From an uncultured Methanosarcinales archaeon (GTDB lineage Archaea; Nanobdellota; Nanobdellia; Woesearchaeales; GW2011-AR9): a stretch of DNA of 35,721 nt. This document shows, piece by piece, positions 8,372-18,138 of the stretch. The position numbers and the translations under genes were made by a program. The notes under the pieces are model-generated. The model saw only the letters and a program-made list of their open reading frames with translations. It ran no database searches and had not been told where the DNA came from. The stretch is taken from NCBI GenBank assembly GCA_964362485.1, contig CAYIEX010000002.1, positions 1-35,721 on the forward strand. Direction: 5' to 3'. How positions within the stretch are numbered: the first letter of the stretch is position 1; every line of letters starts with the position of its first letter.

Positions 8372-8926
8372 ATGAACACACTCAAATATCTTAGCAACAC
8401 AGAACAATTTCTGTTTCATTCCTCTAAACTTCACTATATAACCCAGCATGCTCTCGAACACATGGAGCAACAAAACCCTTCTGTGCCAAGATCATTTTCC
8501 CGCAAGGAAAAAATCCAGAGTTGGTTTGCTGCAAACATCTTCTCACCTTTTCTCGAGGATGAAATTGACGTGCGATACTGCGAACGGATACAACAAGAAA
8601 GACCTTACAATGAATATGCAGAATATGGTAGACTATACAATGAGGTTACCGGATCAGAAGTTCCATCAACTGAGACCTACGATTCGATTAAAAGTCTCGG
8701 TCGGCTCTATCGCGAATGCCATGAAGTAAGCACCGTTCTGCTTTCCGTTAAGAGATGGTATCAAACACGAGGGTGGGACATTAGTGAATTAAATAAAGTA
8801 GAGGCAGAAATTAACGAGCGCGTTCTGGAAGTAGTCGAGAAAATAGATTTACTAAAAGCAAGACCAGAGGAGATAAATCACCATAACATATACGATAAAG
8901 AAAATGACCATATGAAATTCACATAA
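8372..8926 (+). CDS. Hypothetical protein (184 aa)
   Basis: The ATG lies 3 nt after the ileS stop, so it is likely co-transcribed. No recognisable motif. Confidence 0.5.
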   Translation: MNTLKYLSNTEQFLFHSSKLHYITQHALEHMEQQNPSVPRSFSRKEKIQSWFAANIFSPFLEDEIDVRYCERIQQERPYNEYAEYGRLYNEVTGSEVPSTETYDSIKSLGRLYRECHEVSTVLLSVKRWYQTRGWDISELNKVEAEINERVLEVVEKIDLLKARPEEINHHNIYDKENDHMKFT

Positions 8927-8950
8927 TCGCATCGAGATCCAAAAACGATC

Positions 8951-9529
8951 CTATTTTCTTCTCATTTCAGAATAAAAAACTTCAAAATGTTTGCGAAACG
9001 TCGGCGCGCATTCATCCGGCGTCTGATCAATTATCCGACTCATGTCTTGCAGTGAAAAAGCCTCAATGTGAGCAATTTCACCCCTATCAATCTCAAATGT
9101 ATCAATCGTAAACTCATCACAAGTGGTATAAATTTTCACTATTGCCCTCTCAGCGGGCAAATCCAATTTAGATGTCCCCACATACTCCAGTTCACCTAAA
9201 CAGCCAACTTCCTCTTTCATTTCCCGAAGAGCTGCTTCCTCATAACTCTCATCCGCTCGCACTTTGCCGCCAATAGCGAACATCCATGTATTGGGAAATG
9301 GAAATTTATGTTTCGCACGTCGCGAGAAGAGGAAAGTACCATGAGGACCCCTTGGCACGACAACTGCAATCCTAATTCGAAAGTTCTTCTCATTGAGAAC
9401 CGATCGAGGATGAATCGCAACTACATTGTCATCAGTATCGACTTCCGCCAAGAATTCTTCGGACATGATTTTATCAAAGTAACTCCCATTAATAACAATT
9501 TCCATTCCTAGGTTCACCAATAAAGACAT
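8951..9529 (-). CDS. Nudix hydrolase family protein
   Basis: Nudix box GGKVRADESYEEAALREMKEEVG (G-x5-E-x7-REUxEExGU). Confidence 0.8.
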   Translation of the reverse strand: MSLLVNLGMEIVINGSYFDKIMSEEFLAEVDTDDNVVAIHPRSVLNEKNFRIRIAVVVPRGPHGTFLFSRRAKHKFPFPNTWMFAIGGKVRADESYEEAALREMKEEVGCLGELEYVGTSKLDLPAERAIVKIYTTCDEFTIDTFEIDRGEIAHIEAFSLQDMSRIIDQTPDECAPTFRKHFEVFYSEMRRK

Positions 9530-9562
9530 TATTCAAAACAAAAATCACCCCCCCCAAAGCAA

Positions 9563-9572
9563 CCTTTATATA
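9563..9572. promoter_or_regulatory. Shared or bidirectional TATA-like box (CTTTATATAA) between divergent genes
   Basis: Lies about 25 nt upstream of the + strand ATG near 9594 and about 35-40 nt upstream of the - strand ATG at 9529. The latter also has a G-rich, SD-like run. Coordinates are +/-1. Confidence 0.4.
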
Positions 9573-9593
9573 ACATCAAACAATCACCTGGTT

Positions 9594-10121
9594 ATGCCAC
9601 GAGAATCAGTTCCCCAAATGACATTGCGGTATACTGGAATTTTTGACTGGGACGGAATGTACGCAGCTGTCGTTGACTGGGCAAAAATGTATGGCTACAA
9701 ATGGCATGAAAAAGCCTACAAACATAAAGTGCCATCTCCTGATGGCGCCGAAATTGAGTTAGATTGGGAGCTCGAAACTGTTGCAACAGAATATATCAAA
9801 TACAAAATTACCTTTGCCATTCACGCCTACGACTTATCCGATATAGATATTGATGTGAACGGTAAAAAAAAGCGCCTTACGAATGCAAGGGTGTCTATTA
9901 TTATTAATGGTGACCTTGACTACGATTGGCAGTTACGTTTTACAGGATCACCATTCCGCCAAAAGCTCGGTGAACTCTACCGCAAATGGACGGGCTCAGT
10001 CGATCAAACGTATATGGACCAACTATACTATCGAATGTGGAATCTTCATGCTATGCTTAAAAAATACTTTGATATGCAAGGCAAAAAGCATGTTTACAAG
10101 AACTATTTAGGAGAAAGCTAA
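9594..10121 (+). CDS. Hypothetical protein (175 aa)
   Basis: Clean ORF with a TATA box at the right distance. No recognisable motif. Confidence 0.55.
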   Translation: MPRESVPQMTLRYTGIFDWDGMYAAVVDWAKMYGYKWHEKAYKHKVPSPDGAEIELDWELETVATEYIKYKITFAIHAYDLSDIDIDVNGKKKRLTNARVSIIINGDLDYDWQLRFTGSPFRQKLGELYRKWTGSVDQTYMDQLYYRMWNLHAMLKKYFDMQGKKHVYKNYLGES

Positions 10122-11338
10122 TCTGAGTGTATATCTAACTCAAGTATACCTAAACTTAAAAAATTCGGGGCTTGATAGAGGCTCTCCATAATATCACTTT
10201 CTTGTACAATGATTTTACCACCCCAACGCAAAGAGCGAGTAGCAAACGGGACCAACCCTCCAACCGTAAATGAATATCCGGTTTTTCCTTTATCTCGCGC
10301 AGTTATAGCCCCACCAAGTTCTACATCAAAAGGTAAATAAGGAATTAAATCAAGGGCCCGCGCTTTAATATAATGGATTTGCGGTGAATCACCATGTAAT
10401 AAAGAATAATCTTGAGCATACATGATCTGAAATGGGAAAGTTTCAAAAACCCCAAAAAATGAGCTTGCAAAAAGAGGGTTTTCGGAAGTTAAGTAAACAC
10501 TAAAAACGGGAGGCATCAATTCCAATCCACCAACTTCAACCATCCAAGGGCGATATTCTTTATTTCCGGTTGTTCCGTAATGACCAAGTGTATAAACCGC
10601 ATGATAGTTTTCCCATGTTAAAAGCTCAGCAAGAAACTGTCGCGCAGCAATTTCATGAGCATTAACTCGATCATTGACATAAGGCCTCTCTTTCTCCATC
10701 CCTAGGTTCATAAACATTGTATAAAGTTCCAAGTCCCAAGTTCCTACTGGCACCGACCCAGTGTATATTTTATTCGGAGGATGAGAATCAAGCGGCCCCT
10801 GTGTATACGTTGCTAAAGTATAACCCGTCTGCGAAAATCGATTGATCAAATAATACAGCGCATCATGGATATCCCCGCCAAAAAGAGAGCGTTCAATGGT
10901 ATATTCTGCCGAAAGCGCATGAAAATTATATCCACTGCCATAATTGAGACGAAGCAATTCTACATCCTGTTGTGTTCTTACTTCACCTAATTCAACGTCT
11001 GGGTTAAAACACATCCCCGACCCCGCAAGGTGAAATCCCCCCGTTCTCTCAAAAAAGAGTGCATGGCTAAACTCATGACCAGAGCAGGCCATAAAACCAT
11101 CAAAGAGACCCACAACCGTCATCTCTCCCCAACGGCCAAGAGGAGTATTCGGCTCTACCATATCTACAATCGCACCAGCCCCTTCACTTGCCGATTGCGC
11201 CAACGATACAATACCACGTAAAGAATTGTAAGGCAGCGTCTCTCCCCATGATAATTCGAGAGTATGTACGGGTTCATGCGCGCGTGCCGAAGTTGAAAGC
11301 ATTGCCACAAGACCAGCCATTGCAGTATAGAATCTCAT
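10118..11338 (-). CDS. Secreted hypothetical protein with an HExxH motif (possible zinc metallopeptidase)
   Basis: Signal peptide MRFYTAMAGLVAMLSTSARA and HEFSH within ACSGHEFSHALFFE. It starts 3 nt after the upstream gene's stop, so it is the last gene of a 3-gene unit. Confidence 0.5.
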   Translation of the reverse strand: MRFYTAMAGLVAMLSTSARAHEPVHTLELSWGETLPYNSLRGIVSLAQSASEGAGAIVDMVEPNTPLGRWGEMTVVGLFDGFMACSGHEFSHALFFERTGGFHLAGSGMCFNPDVELGEVRTQQDVELLRLNYGSGYNFHALSAEYTIERSLFGGDIHDALYYLINRFSQTGYTLATYTQGPLDSHPPNKIYTGSVPVGTWDLELYTMFMNLGMEKERPYVNDRVNAHEIAARQFLAELLTWENYHAVYTLGHYGTTGNKEYRPWMVEVGGLELMPPVFSVYLTSENPLFASSFFGVFETFPFQIMYAQDYSLLHGDSPQIHYIKARALDLIPYLPFDVELGGAITARDKGKTGYSFTVGGLVPFATRSLRWGGKIIVQESDIMESLYQAPNFLSLGILELDIHSD

Positions 11339-11341
11339 GAA

Positions 11342-11941
11342 TCACTCTACCTCATGAAGAAATTGATGGTAGTTATCCCGAATCGCCAGCGCAAACTTTC
11401 GATCATAGTCAAAAGCAAATTGTTCGTACCGCCTTCCAATTCGCGCACACTCACCATTGCGTAAAACTTCGTGTGGTGGAACAACAAACTGACAATACGG
11501 AATCCATGAAGGCACAGTAACACCATCTTTATCAAGAGTCCGCAAATATCGACGCGTCATATATCCATTTCTCTTAGTAGGATGAAACCATGTTCGGGCC
11601 TCGAGCGGGAAATCCAAAGCTTCACCAATACGTTGATGATCTTTCTGTTCAAAAGCACACAGGAGACTAGAAAGTGGTTCGGGGACCTTGGAGAACATGA
11701 AATGAATGTGATAAGGGTGCTGCTGAGGATATAGTTGAAGACCAAGATTACGAAGATAGTACTGTGCCGAATTAAGAATTTTTGGTCTTCTCGAATCATC
11801 ATCCATAAACAAATCAAGCGTGCCAGCCCGTTTCAATTCCGCAGAGACTAAACAAACCGCGAGATGCTGGTTGGGAAGAACCCGTAATTGCGAATCAATT
11901 CCCACCCACCACTCCTGATCTTCTTGAATCAATTTCATCAT
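11342..11941 (-). CDS. Hypothetical protein, paralog B of a tandem pair
   Basis: Shares GVTVPSWIPYCQFVVP with GIEIPSWIPYLSHIPEP, and IGEALDFP with IGYLLGYP, in the upstream gene. Start set at ATG 11941 (MMKLIQED...), which gives a 199-aa protein matching the 200-aa paralog and avoids a 101-nt overlap. ATG 12052 remains possible. Confidence 0.5.
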   Translation of the reverse strand: MMKLIQEDQEWWVGIDSQLRVLPNQHLAVCLVSAELKRAGTLDLFMDDDSRRPKILNSAQYYLRNLGLQLYPQQHPYHIHFMFSKVPEPLSSLLCAFEQKDHQRIGEALDFPLEARTWFHPTKRNGYMTRRYLRTLDKDGVTVPSWIPYCQFVVPPHEVLRNGECARIGRRYEQFAFDYDRKFALAIRDNYHQFLHEVE

Positions 11942-11951
11942 CGTAACAATC

Positions 11952-12554
11952 TTAACACGGAAATACGAATTTACCATTTTCATAGAAAGGAACATACACA
12001 TTATGTTCAATTTCCCATCGTAGGGGAAGTTCTCTAAAAAGGGGATACGCATCTAACCGGGATGCCAGATTAGGATTACGCGCACGCACAAATTCCTCAC
12101 GTACAAGACCAACCTTTTGGCTCTCTATACACATTTGTCCTGCAACAAGATCAAATGGTTCAGGAATATGGCTCAAATAAGGAATCCATGAAGGAATCTC
12201 AATCCCTTCATCCCGAGCTCGAGCAAGTTGCACCAGCATTGCACATAAATCCCAACGAATACCCCCCTCAGCTGGTTGACAAAACGATTGTACTGCTACA
12301 GAAGGATAACCCAGTAGATACCCTATTTGATTTGGAAAACGCACAATGTCATTAACAATCTCCAGAGTAGGACCAACCACAAAATTATGTTCCAGTTCAA
12401 TTGATTTTAACGAACTTTCACGCAAATATTGACGAAAACGAGGGATATATTGAGTAAAAGTAGGCCATATCCTTGCACACGGCTTCATCCCTTGTTCCAC
12501 AAGATATAAATCTAACTCCTTTTGAGGATCCAATAATTTTGACAGTAAAGCCAT
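11952..12554 (-). CDS. Hypothetical protein, paralog A of a tandem pair
   Basis: Start set at ATG 12554 (MALLSKLL...). A TTTTTAAATTT box at 12578..12588 is centred about 29 nt upstream of it and would abut the alternative ATG at 12578. Confidence 0.5.
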   Translation of the reverse strand: MALLSKLLDPQKELDLYLVEQGMKPCARIWPTFTQYIPRFRQYLRESSLKSIELEHNFVVGPTLEIVNDIVRFPNQIGYLLGYPSVAVQSFCQPAEGGIRWDLCAMLVQLARARDEGIEIPSWIPYLSHIPEPFDLVAGQMCIESQKVGLVREEFVRARNPNLASRLDAYPLFRELPLRWEIEHNVYVPFYENGKFVFPC

Positions 12555-12593
12555 AAAAGAAAAGATAAACTCCCCCATTTTTAAATTTGATCA

Positions 12594-12613
12594 CTAAAAA
12601 GAAATAAAAATAG
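12594..12613 (-). terminator. Oligo-T tract downstream of proS
   Basis: The minus strand reads CCTATTTTTATTTCTTTTTAG, 15-35 nt after the proS stop. Archaeal termination commonly uses oligo-T. Confidence 0.35.
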
Positions 12614-12628
12614 GAAACAATCACACCC

Positions 12629-14110
12629 TCAGTAACTCTTCCCAAAATAATGAAAGCGAAGCGCACCAGCAGAACAGGCAAAACATTTCTGTCCTTTCTT
12701 CAAAGTAGGCTGCTCAAACGGTTCATTGAGTGACTTGATACCCGTCTTATCCTTAAATGCTTCCTCACATTTCACGCCACCACACCAAGGAACAAGAGCC
12801 ATCTTTCGCAACTCCACTTGCTTTATCACATCAGCTGATGTCTCTACTCGAACAATACTCCCGCTCAACAGAGCCTCCGCCTTCGCAAGCATCTCCGATT
12901 GCATCGTTACAAGTAATTTTGGAACTTCTACACCAAGTGTACTCAATCCAAGTGGAATTTTTTCACCAGTATCACGACGTACCGCCATCGCTTGTTTTTT
13001 TTCTACATCTTTTGGTCCAATTTCCAGGCGTAGACATACTCCCTTCACTTCCCACTCGTTATATTTCCATCCAGGAGTATACCCCTCCCGATCATCAACA
13101 TGCACCGTAACACCTGCATTTTTCAAGCGCAGAGCAGCACCTTCAACAGCCGCCATCACCGCTTCACGTCCCTTATCAAAGAGGATTGGAACGATCACCA
13201 CCTGCAAGGACGCAACCCGAGGAGGGAGGACAAGACCTTTATCATCTGAATGCATTAAGATAGCGACCCCTATTGAACGGGTAGTGAGTCCCCACGAATT
13301 CTGATGTGCAAATTGTCGCTCTTGTTTTTCATCAACAAACTCAATTCCAAAAGCTTTTGAGAAATTTTGTCCAAGATAATGAGAAGTACAACCCTGGATT
13401 GCTTTGCCGTTCGGTAAAAATGCTTCACAGGAAAGCGTAAATTCTGCTCCTGCAAACTTCTCCCCTTCCGATTTCTGACCTTTAAGAACAGGAACTGCAT
13501 ATAACTCACGAAATACCTTTTCATAAAACCCAAGAATCTTATGTGCTTCAGCAACCGCCTCTTCCTGGGTGGCAAAAACAGTGTGCCCTTCTTGCCATAG
13601 AAACTCCCGACTTCGTAAAAACGGAGTGCAATGCTTAAATTCCCAGCGAACCACATTACACCATTGATTCAAACGTAAAGGCAAATCCTTATGCGAGCGA
13701 ATCCATTTGGCATAGGCATCATACATAATCGTCTCGGATGTGGGTCGAACCGCAAGTCTCTCACCAAGTTTAGTATCGCCGCCAAAATCCACCCATGCTA
13801 CTTCAGGAGCAAACCCTTCCACGTGATTTTTCTCCTTTGTTAGAAGTGATTCAGGAATAAACAGAGGAAAATAACAATTGCGAACGCCATCCGCTTTAAT
13901 CATCGCATCAAAATATGCCTGCACCTTCTCCCAAATCGCATACGCATTCGGCCGTAGGATATAACAGCCCGAAACCGGGCTATATTCAATCAGTTCCGCT
14001 TTTTGGATAAGCTGCGTGAACCATTCGGAGAAATCAGACTCCTTCGTTGCCGTAAGACCTTTGATATCCTTCTTTTCGGAAGTTACTTGCTTTGGCTGCG
14101 CTTTAGACAT
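12629..14110 (-). CDS. proS: Proline--tRNA ligase, archaeal/eukaryote-like type
   Basis: Class II core (FPLFIPESLL, RPTSETIMY, RLNQWCNVVRWE), anticodon-binding domain, and a C-terminal Zn-binding-type domain ending ...FGKSY (terminal Tyr). Confidence 0.92.
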   Translation of the reverse strand: MSKAQPKQVTSEKKDIKGLTATKESDFSEWFTQLIQKAELIEYSPVSGCYILRPNAYAIWEKVQAYFDAMIKADGVRNCYFPLFIPESLLTKEKNHVEGFAPEVAWVDFGGDTKLGERLAVRPTSETIMYDAYAKWIRSHKDLPLRLNQWCNVVRWEFKHCTPFLRSREFLWQEGHTVFATQEEAVAEAHKILGFYEKVFRELYAVPVLKGQKSEGEKFAGAEFTLSCEAFLPNGKAIQGCTSHYLGQNFSKAFGIEFVDEKQERQFAHQNSWGLTTRSIGVAILMHSDDKGLVLPPRVASLQVVIVPILFDKGREAVMAAVEGAALRLKNAGVTVHVDDREGYTPGWKYNEWEVKGVCLRLEIGPKDVEKKQAMAVRRDTGEKIPLGLSTLGVEVPKLLVTMQSEMLAKAEALLSGSIVRVETSADVIKQVELRKMALVPWCGGVKCEEAFKDKTGIKSLNEPFEQPTLKKGQKCFACSAGALRFHYFGKSY

Positions 14111-14133
14111 AAAAAAGAGAAAACATACACTTT

Positions 14134-14143
14134 CTTATAAAGA
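14134..14143 (-). promoter_or_regulatory. TATA-like box (minus strand CTTTATAAGA) about 28 nt upstream of the proS ATG
   Basis: Position and composition. Confidence 0.4.
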
Positions 14144-14252
14144 TTTGGAGTTGAACTCGGCTAATTAATAATTCCCTTGCGTCACAATAGTATTAACTTG
14201 TAAGTGACAAGCTTCAGTAAGATTTAAAAAGTGGCATTGGTAAGAGAACTAA

Positions 14253-15086
14253 ATGCGAGTACGGCCATTAATTTCAATCACGAGTCTAGTATATTTTCTT
14301 AGCTGCAATACTACATCAGACAATCAATCAATCGAAAGATTTTTGCCAAGCACGCTTCTCAACATATTGGCAGAGGTGCCAAACCCTACTAGCAAATCCA
14401 ACAAACGTAAATCAAACCAGCCTACAATAGATAATGGTGGGGTTTCAAATGAGGAAAAGGAGTTCACCATAAATTGGGACAATATCCCCGTTAGAAGCTC
14501 ATTCGTTAGTTACTCTGAAAGATTAGCCATCTCCAAAATAGAGGTTAAAGCTTCACAAGAATCAGCTCAAGCAGTTCTCCACTTAGAAGAGCTAGCCAAG
14601 GTTAGAACTCCTTCCCAGTACCACCGTTTTCTTCGTGAACATGGGATCCATCATTTTGGTGACGACCCAAAAACACCAGCAAATAAAAGAAGATATAACA
14701 TTGCGCATGATCAGATTTACGGTTCACCCAAAAAAACGATTCAACAAAAAGGTGGACTATGTGATGAACTCGCCACACTAAGCGCCGCTGCAGCCCTCAA
14801 TTTCACTAATACCGGGCGGGTAGAGATTGTAGAAGTAAGACAGAATGGCAACAGCCATGCCTTCACCATACATCAAACAGATGAAGGGGATTGGTTTTAC
14901 ATTAATAATACCACCGTTGATTCCACGCCTTACCAAGATAAAGAAGAAGCAATCTTTGCTGCAGCACAAGATACCGGCTATGACCCACATAATCAAAAAT
15001 TCAAGTTCCACTATAAGACCAAAATAGTTCAAAGTGGAGGCGCATGGCTTACAAACAATAGAGAGTCCCGTAAATTAAGACCTTAA
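14253..15086 (+). CDS. Putative lipoprotein or secreted protein with a transglutaminase-like (Cys-His-Asp/Asn) core
   Basis: N-terminal LVYFLSC is lipobox-like. GGLCDELATLSAAAAL...NGNSHAFTIHQTDEGDWFYINNT follows the C...H...D spacing of transglutaminase-like cysteine peptidase folds (by eye). TATA box GATTTAAAAA lies 27 nt upstream. Confidence 0.4.
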   Translation: MRVRPLISITSLVYFLSCNTTSDNQSIERFLPSTLLNILAEVPNPTSKSNKRKSNQPTIDNGGVSNEEKEFTINWDNIPVRSSFVSYSERLAISKIEVKASQESAQAVLHLEELAKVRTPSQYHRFLREHGIHHFGDDPKTPANKRRYNIAHDQIYGSPKKTIQQKGGLCDELATLSAAAALNFTNTGRVEIVEVRQNGNSHAFTIHQTDEGDWFYINNTTVDSTPYQDKEEAIFAAAQDTGYDPHNQKFKFHYKTKIVQSGGAWLTNNRESRKLRP

Positions 15087-15163
15087 TAAAAAACGCTTTC
15101 TCTAAACGATAAAAAAAGAAAAAAACAACGTCCAACAAACAATTAATATAAAATTAAGCCTCA

Positions 15164-15613
15164 CTACAAGCGAAATTCATGATCCAGATAGTACATAACC
15201 CCTTTACTTCCATCCGTACCCCCAGTATCCATTCTTATTCCTCTCACCAGAAAAGGATCTACAGGTCTGAAGTTGGTGGGCAACGTATACCACACTTTGA
15301 CGCTGTCACCCTGACGCACAGCAAGTGCACCTTCATAATGAAAAATAGCCCCCATTCGTTTAAGAAAACCCTTAACCTCCTCAGATCCTAACTTCCTGGG
15401 ATTAGGATCATGGCAATAAAAATCCGCACTAAGTGACTCCATAGGCACAATGGGATAACCCAGCGTCTGAGTGCGAAAAAATGATTCTCGGCCAAGAATA
15501 GCTCCATCCATAACTGTACCCTCAGTACTCGCGAACTTTGACTGATCCAGCATTTCTTCTACACCCTTAAAATTCTTAGAACCCAAAATCTTCTGTAATA
15601 ACGTCTCTTGCAT
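15164..15613 (-). CDS. Hypothetical protein (149 aa)
   Basis: The track start at 15646 is a GTG. ATG 15613 has a CTTTATAAT box about 40 nt upstream. Confidence 0.45.
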   Translation of the reverse strand: MQETLLQKILGSKNFKGVEEMLDQSKFASTEGTVMDGAILGRESFFRTQTLGYPIVPMESLSADFYCHDPNPRKLGSEEVKGFLKRMGAIFHYEGALAVRQGDSVKVWYTLPTNFRPVDPFLVRGIRMDTGGTDGSKGVMYYLDHEFRL

Positions 15614-15706
15614 AGTTAACCACCAGTTAGCGTTACGATAAACCACATTATAAAGATTATTGCGTCAAATAATATAGAAACCAAAATTGTAAATTACCCA
15701 AGAATC

Positions 15707-15737
15707 AGAAAAAAAGAAAAACCTTGCCCAAGGGTTC
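15707..15737 (-). terminator. Hairpin plus T-run about 105 nt downstream of ftsZ
   Basis: The minus strand reads AACCCTTGGGCAAGGTT followed by TTTCTTTTTTTCTG. The stem is imperfect, 6 bp with one bulge. Confidence 0.35.
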
Positions 15738-15840
15738 TACAGGGGGGTGTAGAGGAGAAAGAGATGGGCAAGATTTTCTAAAAATGTGAAATGAAAAGAA
15801 GAACGGACAAAACTCAGCCCGTCCTCTCCTACCCATCTAC

Positions 15841-16905
15841 TTATACAAGCTCAATCCCAAGCTCTCGGCTAAGAGACTTAGCGCGTGCTTCGGACTTGCG
15901 TGCATCGATTTTACCCAAGATCCAAGGGCTGTTAACACCAGTAATAATGGTCATAACAGTTAATTTTCCCTTCATCTCATCAGCAACACGTGCACCCCAG
16001 ATAACGTTTGCATCGTCATCAAGAGACTCAGTTACAAGTTCACCAATGCGGCTAACCTCATCAAGAGTCATGTCAGGTCCACCTGTGATGTGGATAAGTG
16101 CACCGGTTGCTCCCTCATAGTTGATATCAAGAAGAGGGTTAGATAAAGCACCTTTAACAGCTTCTTCAACTCGGTTGTTGGTGTCAGATGATCCAACACC
16201 AATAGCAGCTACACCACCATTGGACATGATTGCTTTAACGTCTGCATAATCCAGATTAACAAGGCTAGGTACAGCAATGGTCTCAACGATACCCTTGATC
16301 ATGGTTGCAATAAGCTCGTTTGCGACAGCAAAAGCTTGCTGAATAGGCAAGTTTCCTGCAATTTGAACAAGGCGGTTGTTATCAATTACAATAACAGTAT
16401 CCGAAACTTGTCTTAACTGCTGTAAACCAAACTCAGCTTTATCACAGCGTGCTCTTTCAATGTTAAAAGGCATAGTTACTGTTCCAATAACAATAGCACC
16501 GGTATCTTTTGCAACTTGTGCAACAACAGGAGCAGCACCCGTACCAGTTCCACCACCCATACCAGCACAAACGAAGACCATGTCTGAAGTCTTAAGAGCT
16601 TCTTTGATCTGGGTTAATGACTCTTGAGCAGCTTCAGCACCTTTGTTAGGAAATCCGCCACAGCCAAGACCACGGGTACAATCCTTTCCAATCAGGAACT
16701 TGCGATCAGCACCAGTGATGTTAAGATGTTGGTAATCAGTATTAGTTGCAATAATCTCTGCACCTTTGATTCCCTTCTTATACAACCAGCCAACCATGTT
16801 GTTGCCAGCACCGCCAACACCAATTACTTTAATGTTAGCTTGGTTCATACTTTCAAAGTCATGCTCAGGCACGCTTTGTAACGCTTTTTCTACAATAAAT
16901 TCCAT
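15841..16905 (-). CDS. ftsZ: Cell division protein FtsZ
   Basis: [10 protein letters not shown] and the tubulin signature [15 protein letters not shown]. An SD-like AAGGGGTG lies 7 nt upstream of the ATG. Confidence 0.95.
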   Translation of the reverse strand: MEFIVEKALQSVPEHDFESMNQANIKVIGVGGAGNNMVGWLYKKGIKGAEIIATNTDYQHLNITGADRKFLIGKDCTRGLGCGGFPNKGAEAAQESLTQIKEALKTSDMVFVCAGMGGGTGTGAAPVVAQVAKDTGAIVIGTVTMPFNIERARCDKAEFGLQQLRQVSDTVIVIDNNRLVQIAGNLPIQQAFAVANELIATMIKGIVETIAVPSLVNLDYADVKAIMSNGGVAAIGVGSSDTNNRVEEAVKGALSNPLLDINYEGATGALIHITGGPDMTLDEVSRIGELVTESLDDDANVIWGARVADEMKGKLTVMTIITGVNSPWILGKIDARKSEARAKSLSRELGIELV

Positions 16906-17002
16906 TTTTTACACCCCTTATATTCCCTCATTTTTTGTTGTTTTCTTCTTCCCCCCTACATGCGCATTGCGCGTTAGGTAGCATACAATCATTTGACATA
17001 TA

Positions 17003-17019
17003 TTTTGCACTATGCAAAA
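17003..17019. promoter_or_regulatory. Perfect inverted repeat TTTTGCA-cta-TGCAAAA about 100 nt upstream of ftsZ
   Basis: 7-bp arms with a 3-nt spacer. A second palindrome, GCGCAtTGCGC, lies at 16962..16972. Confidence 0.3.
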
Positions 17020-17311
17020 GATTATATACTAGTGGAACATTATATCTCTTAGAAACCCAACCAAAGTCTATAGTATAACCTAAGTGTTAAGAAATTAACC
17101 AAACCGAATTTTTAACCTAAACCTGTAAACCTGAACCCTAAAACCCATTGTTATACAAGTCTAAGTGATATATAAACATTTCTATGCAACAGAATATACA
17201 ACTGCATCAAATCACCACAGATTCTTATTGTTTATGTGAAAATCTTAAAACATTCTATCAAATCAGCACATATCTACTGCTAAAAAACATATTCTCAAAA
17301 TCTAACAATTC

Positions 17312-18001
17312 TTACTTTTTATCCTCTTTTTTCCCTTGTAAATCGTGAACACCATCTCTCGTTTTATCGACAATAACACGACCAACTTCAGAAACAGCAT
17401 CTTTGATATTCCCTATCTTTCGGTCAAGTACTCCCGCTATATCATGCGTATATTTGGCGGAATTACGCATTTTTCCGCGCCATCGGTTGATATAAACAAC
17501 CGTCTCCATTGGGTACTTTGGAGGCTTTGGAGGAATCTCACGGGGATAACCAATAGCGACGATAGCTTGGGGTCTTGCATCCTCAGGAATTCCCAATGTT
17601 CCTTTCACAATTTCTTCATCAAACGCGCCTATCCATGCTCCACCTAGACCCAAAGAATGGGCCTCTAAAAGCATATTTTGCACAGCAGCCGCGCAGTTTT
17701 GAACAGTATAGAGTCGTTCCCCTCGAAGTCCATAATACCGCTCTACCTTCTCAGGCTCGGCACAAACGACAATTAAAGCGTGAGCGGAGATAATTTCTAG
17801 CTGATCATAGCAAGCTCGAGCAATTATTTGCTTCTTTTCCCCATCATCAACGACAATAAACTTCCAATTTTGTAAATTGCCACAGCTTGGAGCATGCCGC
17901 CCAGCATCTATGACTTTTGTAACATCCTCCCATGAGACATATTTTGGCAAGAAATTCTTAATCGTACGCCGTGATTTAATAAGCTCGAGGATATCACCCA
18001 T
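17312..18001 (-). CDS. Nitroreductase family protein
   Basis: RRTIKNFLPKYVSWEDVTKVIDAGRHAPSCGNLQNWKFIVV plus GLGGAWIGAF. Start moved to ATG 18001 because the ATTATATATAGG box at 18024..18035 is centred about 28 nt from it and only about 16 nt from ATG 18013. Confidence 0.8.
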   Translation of the reverse strand: MGDILELIKSRRTIKNFLPKYVSWEDVTKVIDAGRHAPSCGNLQNWKFIVVDDGEKKQIIARACYDQLEIISAHALIVVCAEPEKVERYYGLRGERLYTVQNCAAAVQNMLLEAHSLGLGGAWIGAFDEEIVKGTLGIPEDARPQAIVAIGYPREIPPKPPKYPMETVVYINRWRGKMRNSAKYTHDIAGVLDRKIGNIKDAVSEVGRVIVDKTRDGVHDLQGKKEDKK

Positions 18002-18081
18002 AAAGTCAAACATTCCTTTTTCCTATATATAATTACCGTTTTAAGGAAGGCAATTGCCCAATTTGAACGGGATTACCATCT

Positions 18082-18138
18082 TTTGGAATCTAATTCCAAA
18101 TATGAAAACCAATTCCATTGGCGAAAATATATTCCAAA
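18082..18138. promoter_or_regulatory. Operator-like array: palindrome TTTGGAATctaATTCCAAA plus three ATTCCA(A/T) copies at 19-bp spacing
   Basis: Perfect 8-bp-arm inverted repeat at 18082..18100. ATTCCA begins at 18093, 18112 and 18131. CCAATtccATTGG is at 18109..18121, and the 10-bp palindrome GGCAATTGCC at 18049..18058. It lies between the divergent nitroreductase and wHTH regulator genes, just upstream of the regulator's TATA box (AGTTATAAACC, 18147..18157). Confidence 0.45.

Noticed and set aside
11942-12052. Longer N-terminus for paralog B starting at ATG 12052
   Set aside because: It would overlap the upstream paralog by 101 nt and add a hydrophobic, low-complexity extension absent from the paralog. 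ATG 11941 gives equal-length paralogs. This is not fully excluded.
16906-17311. Replication origin (AT-rich gap with repeats; CCCTAA-like units)
   Set aside because: There is no adjacent orc1/cdc6 gene and no repeated ORB-like element of about 20+ bp with dyad symmetry. The AACC units are short and irregularly spaced.
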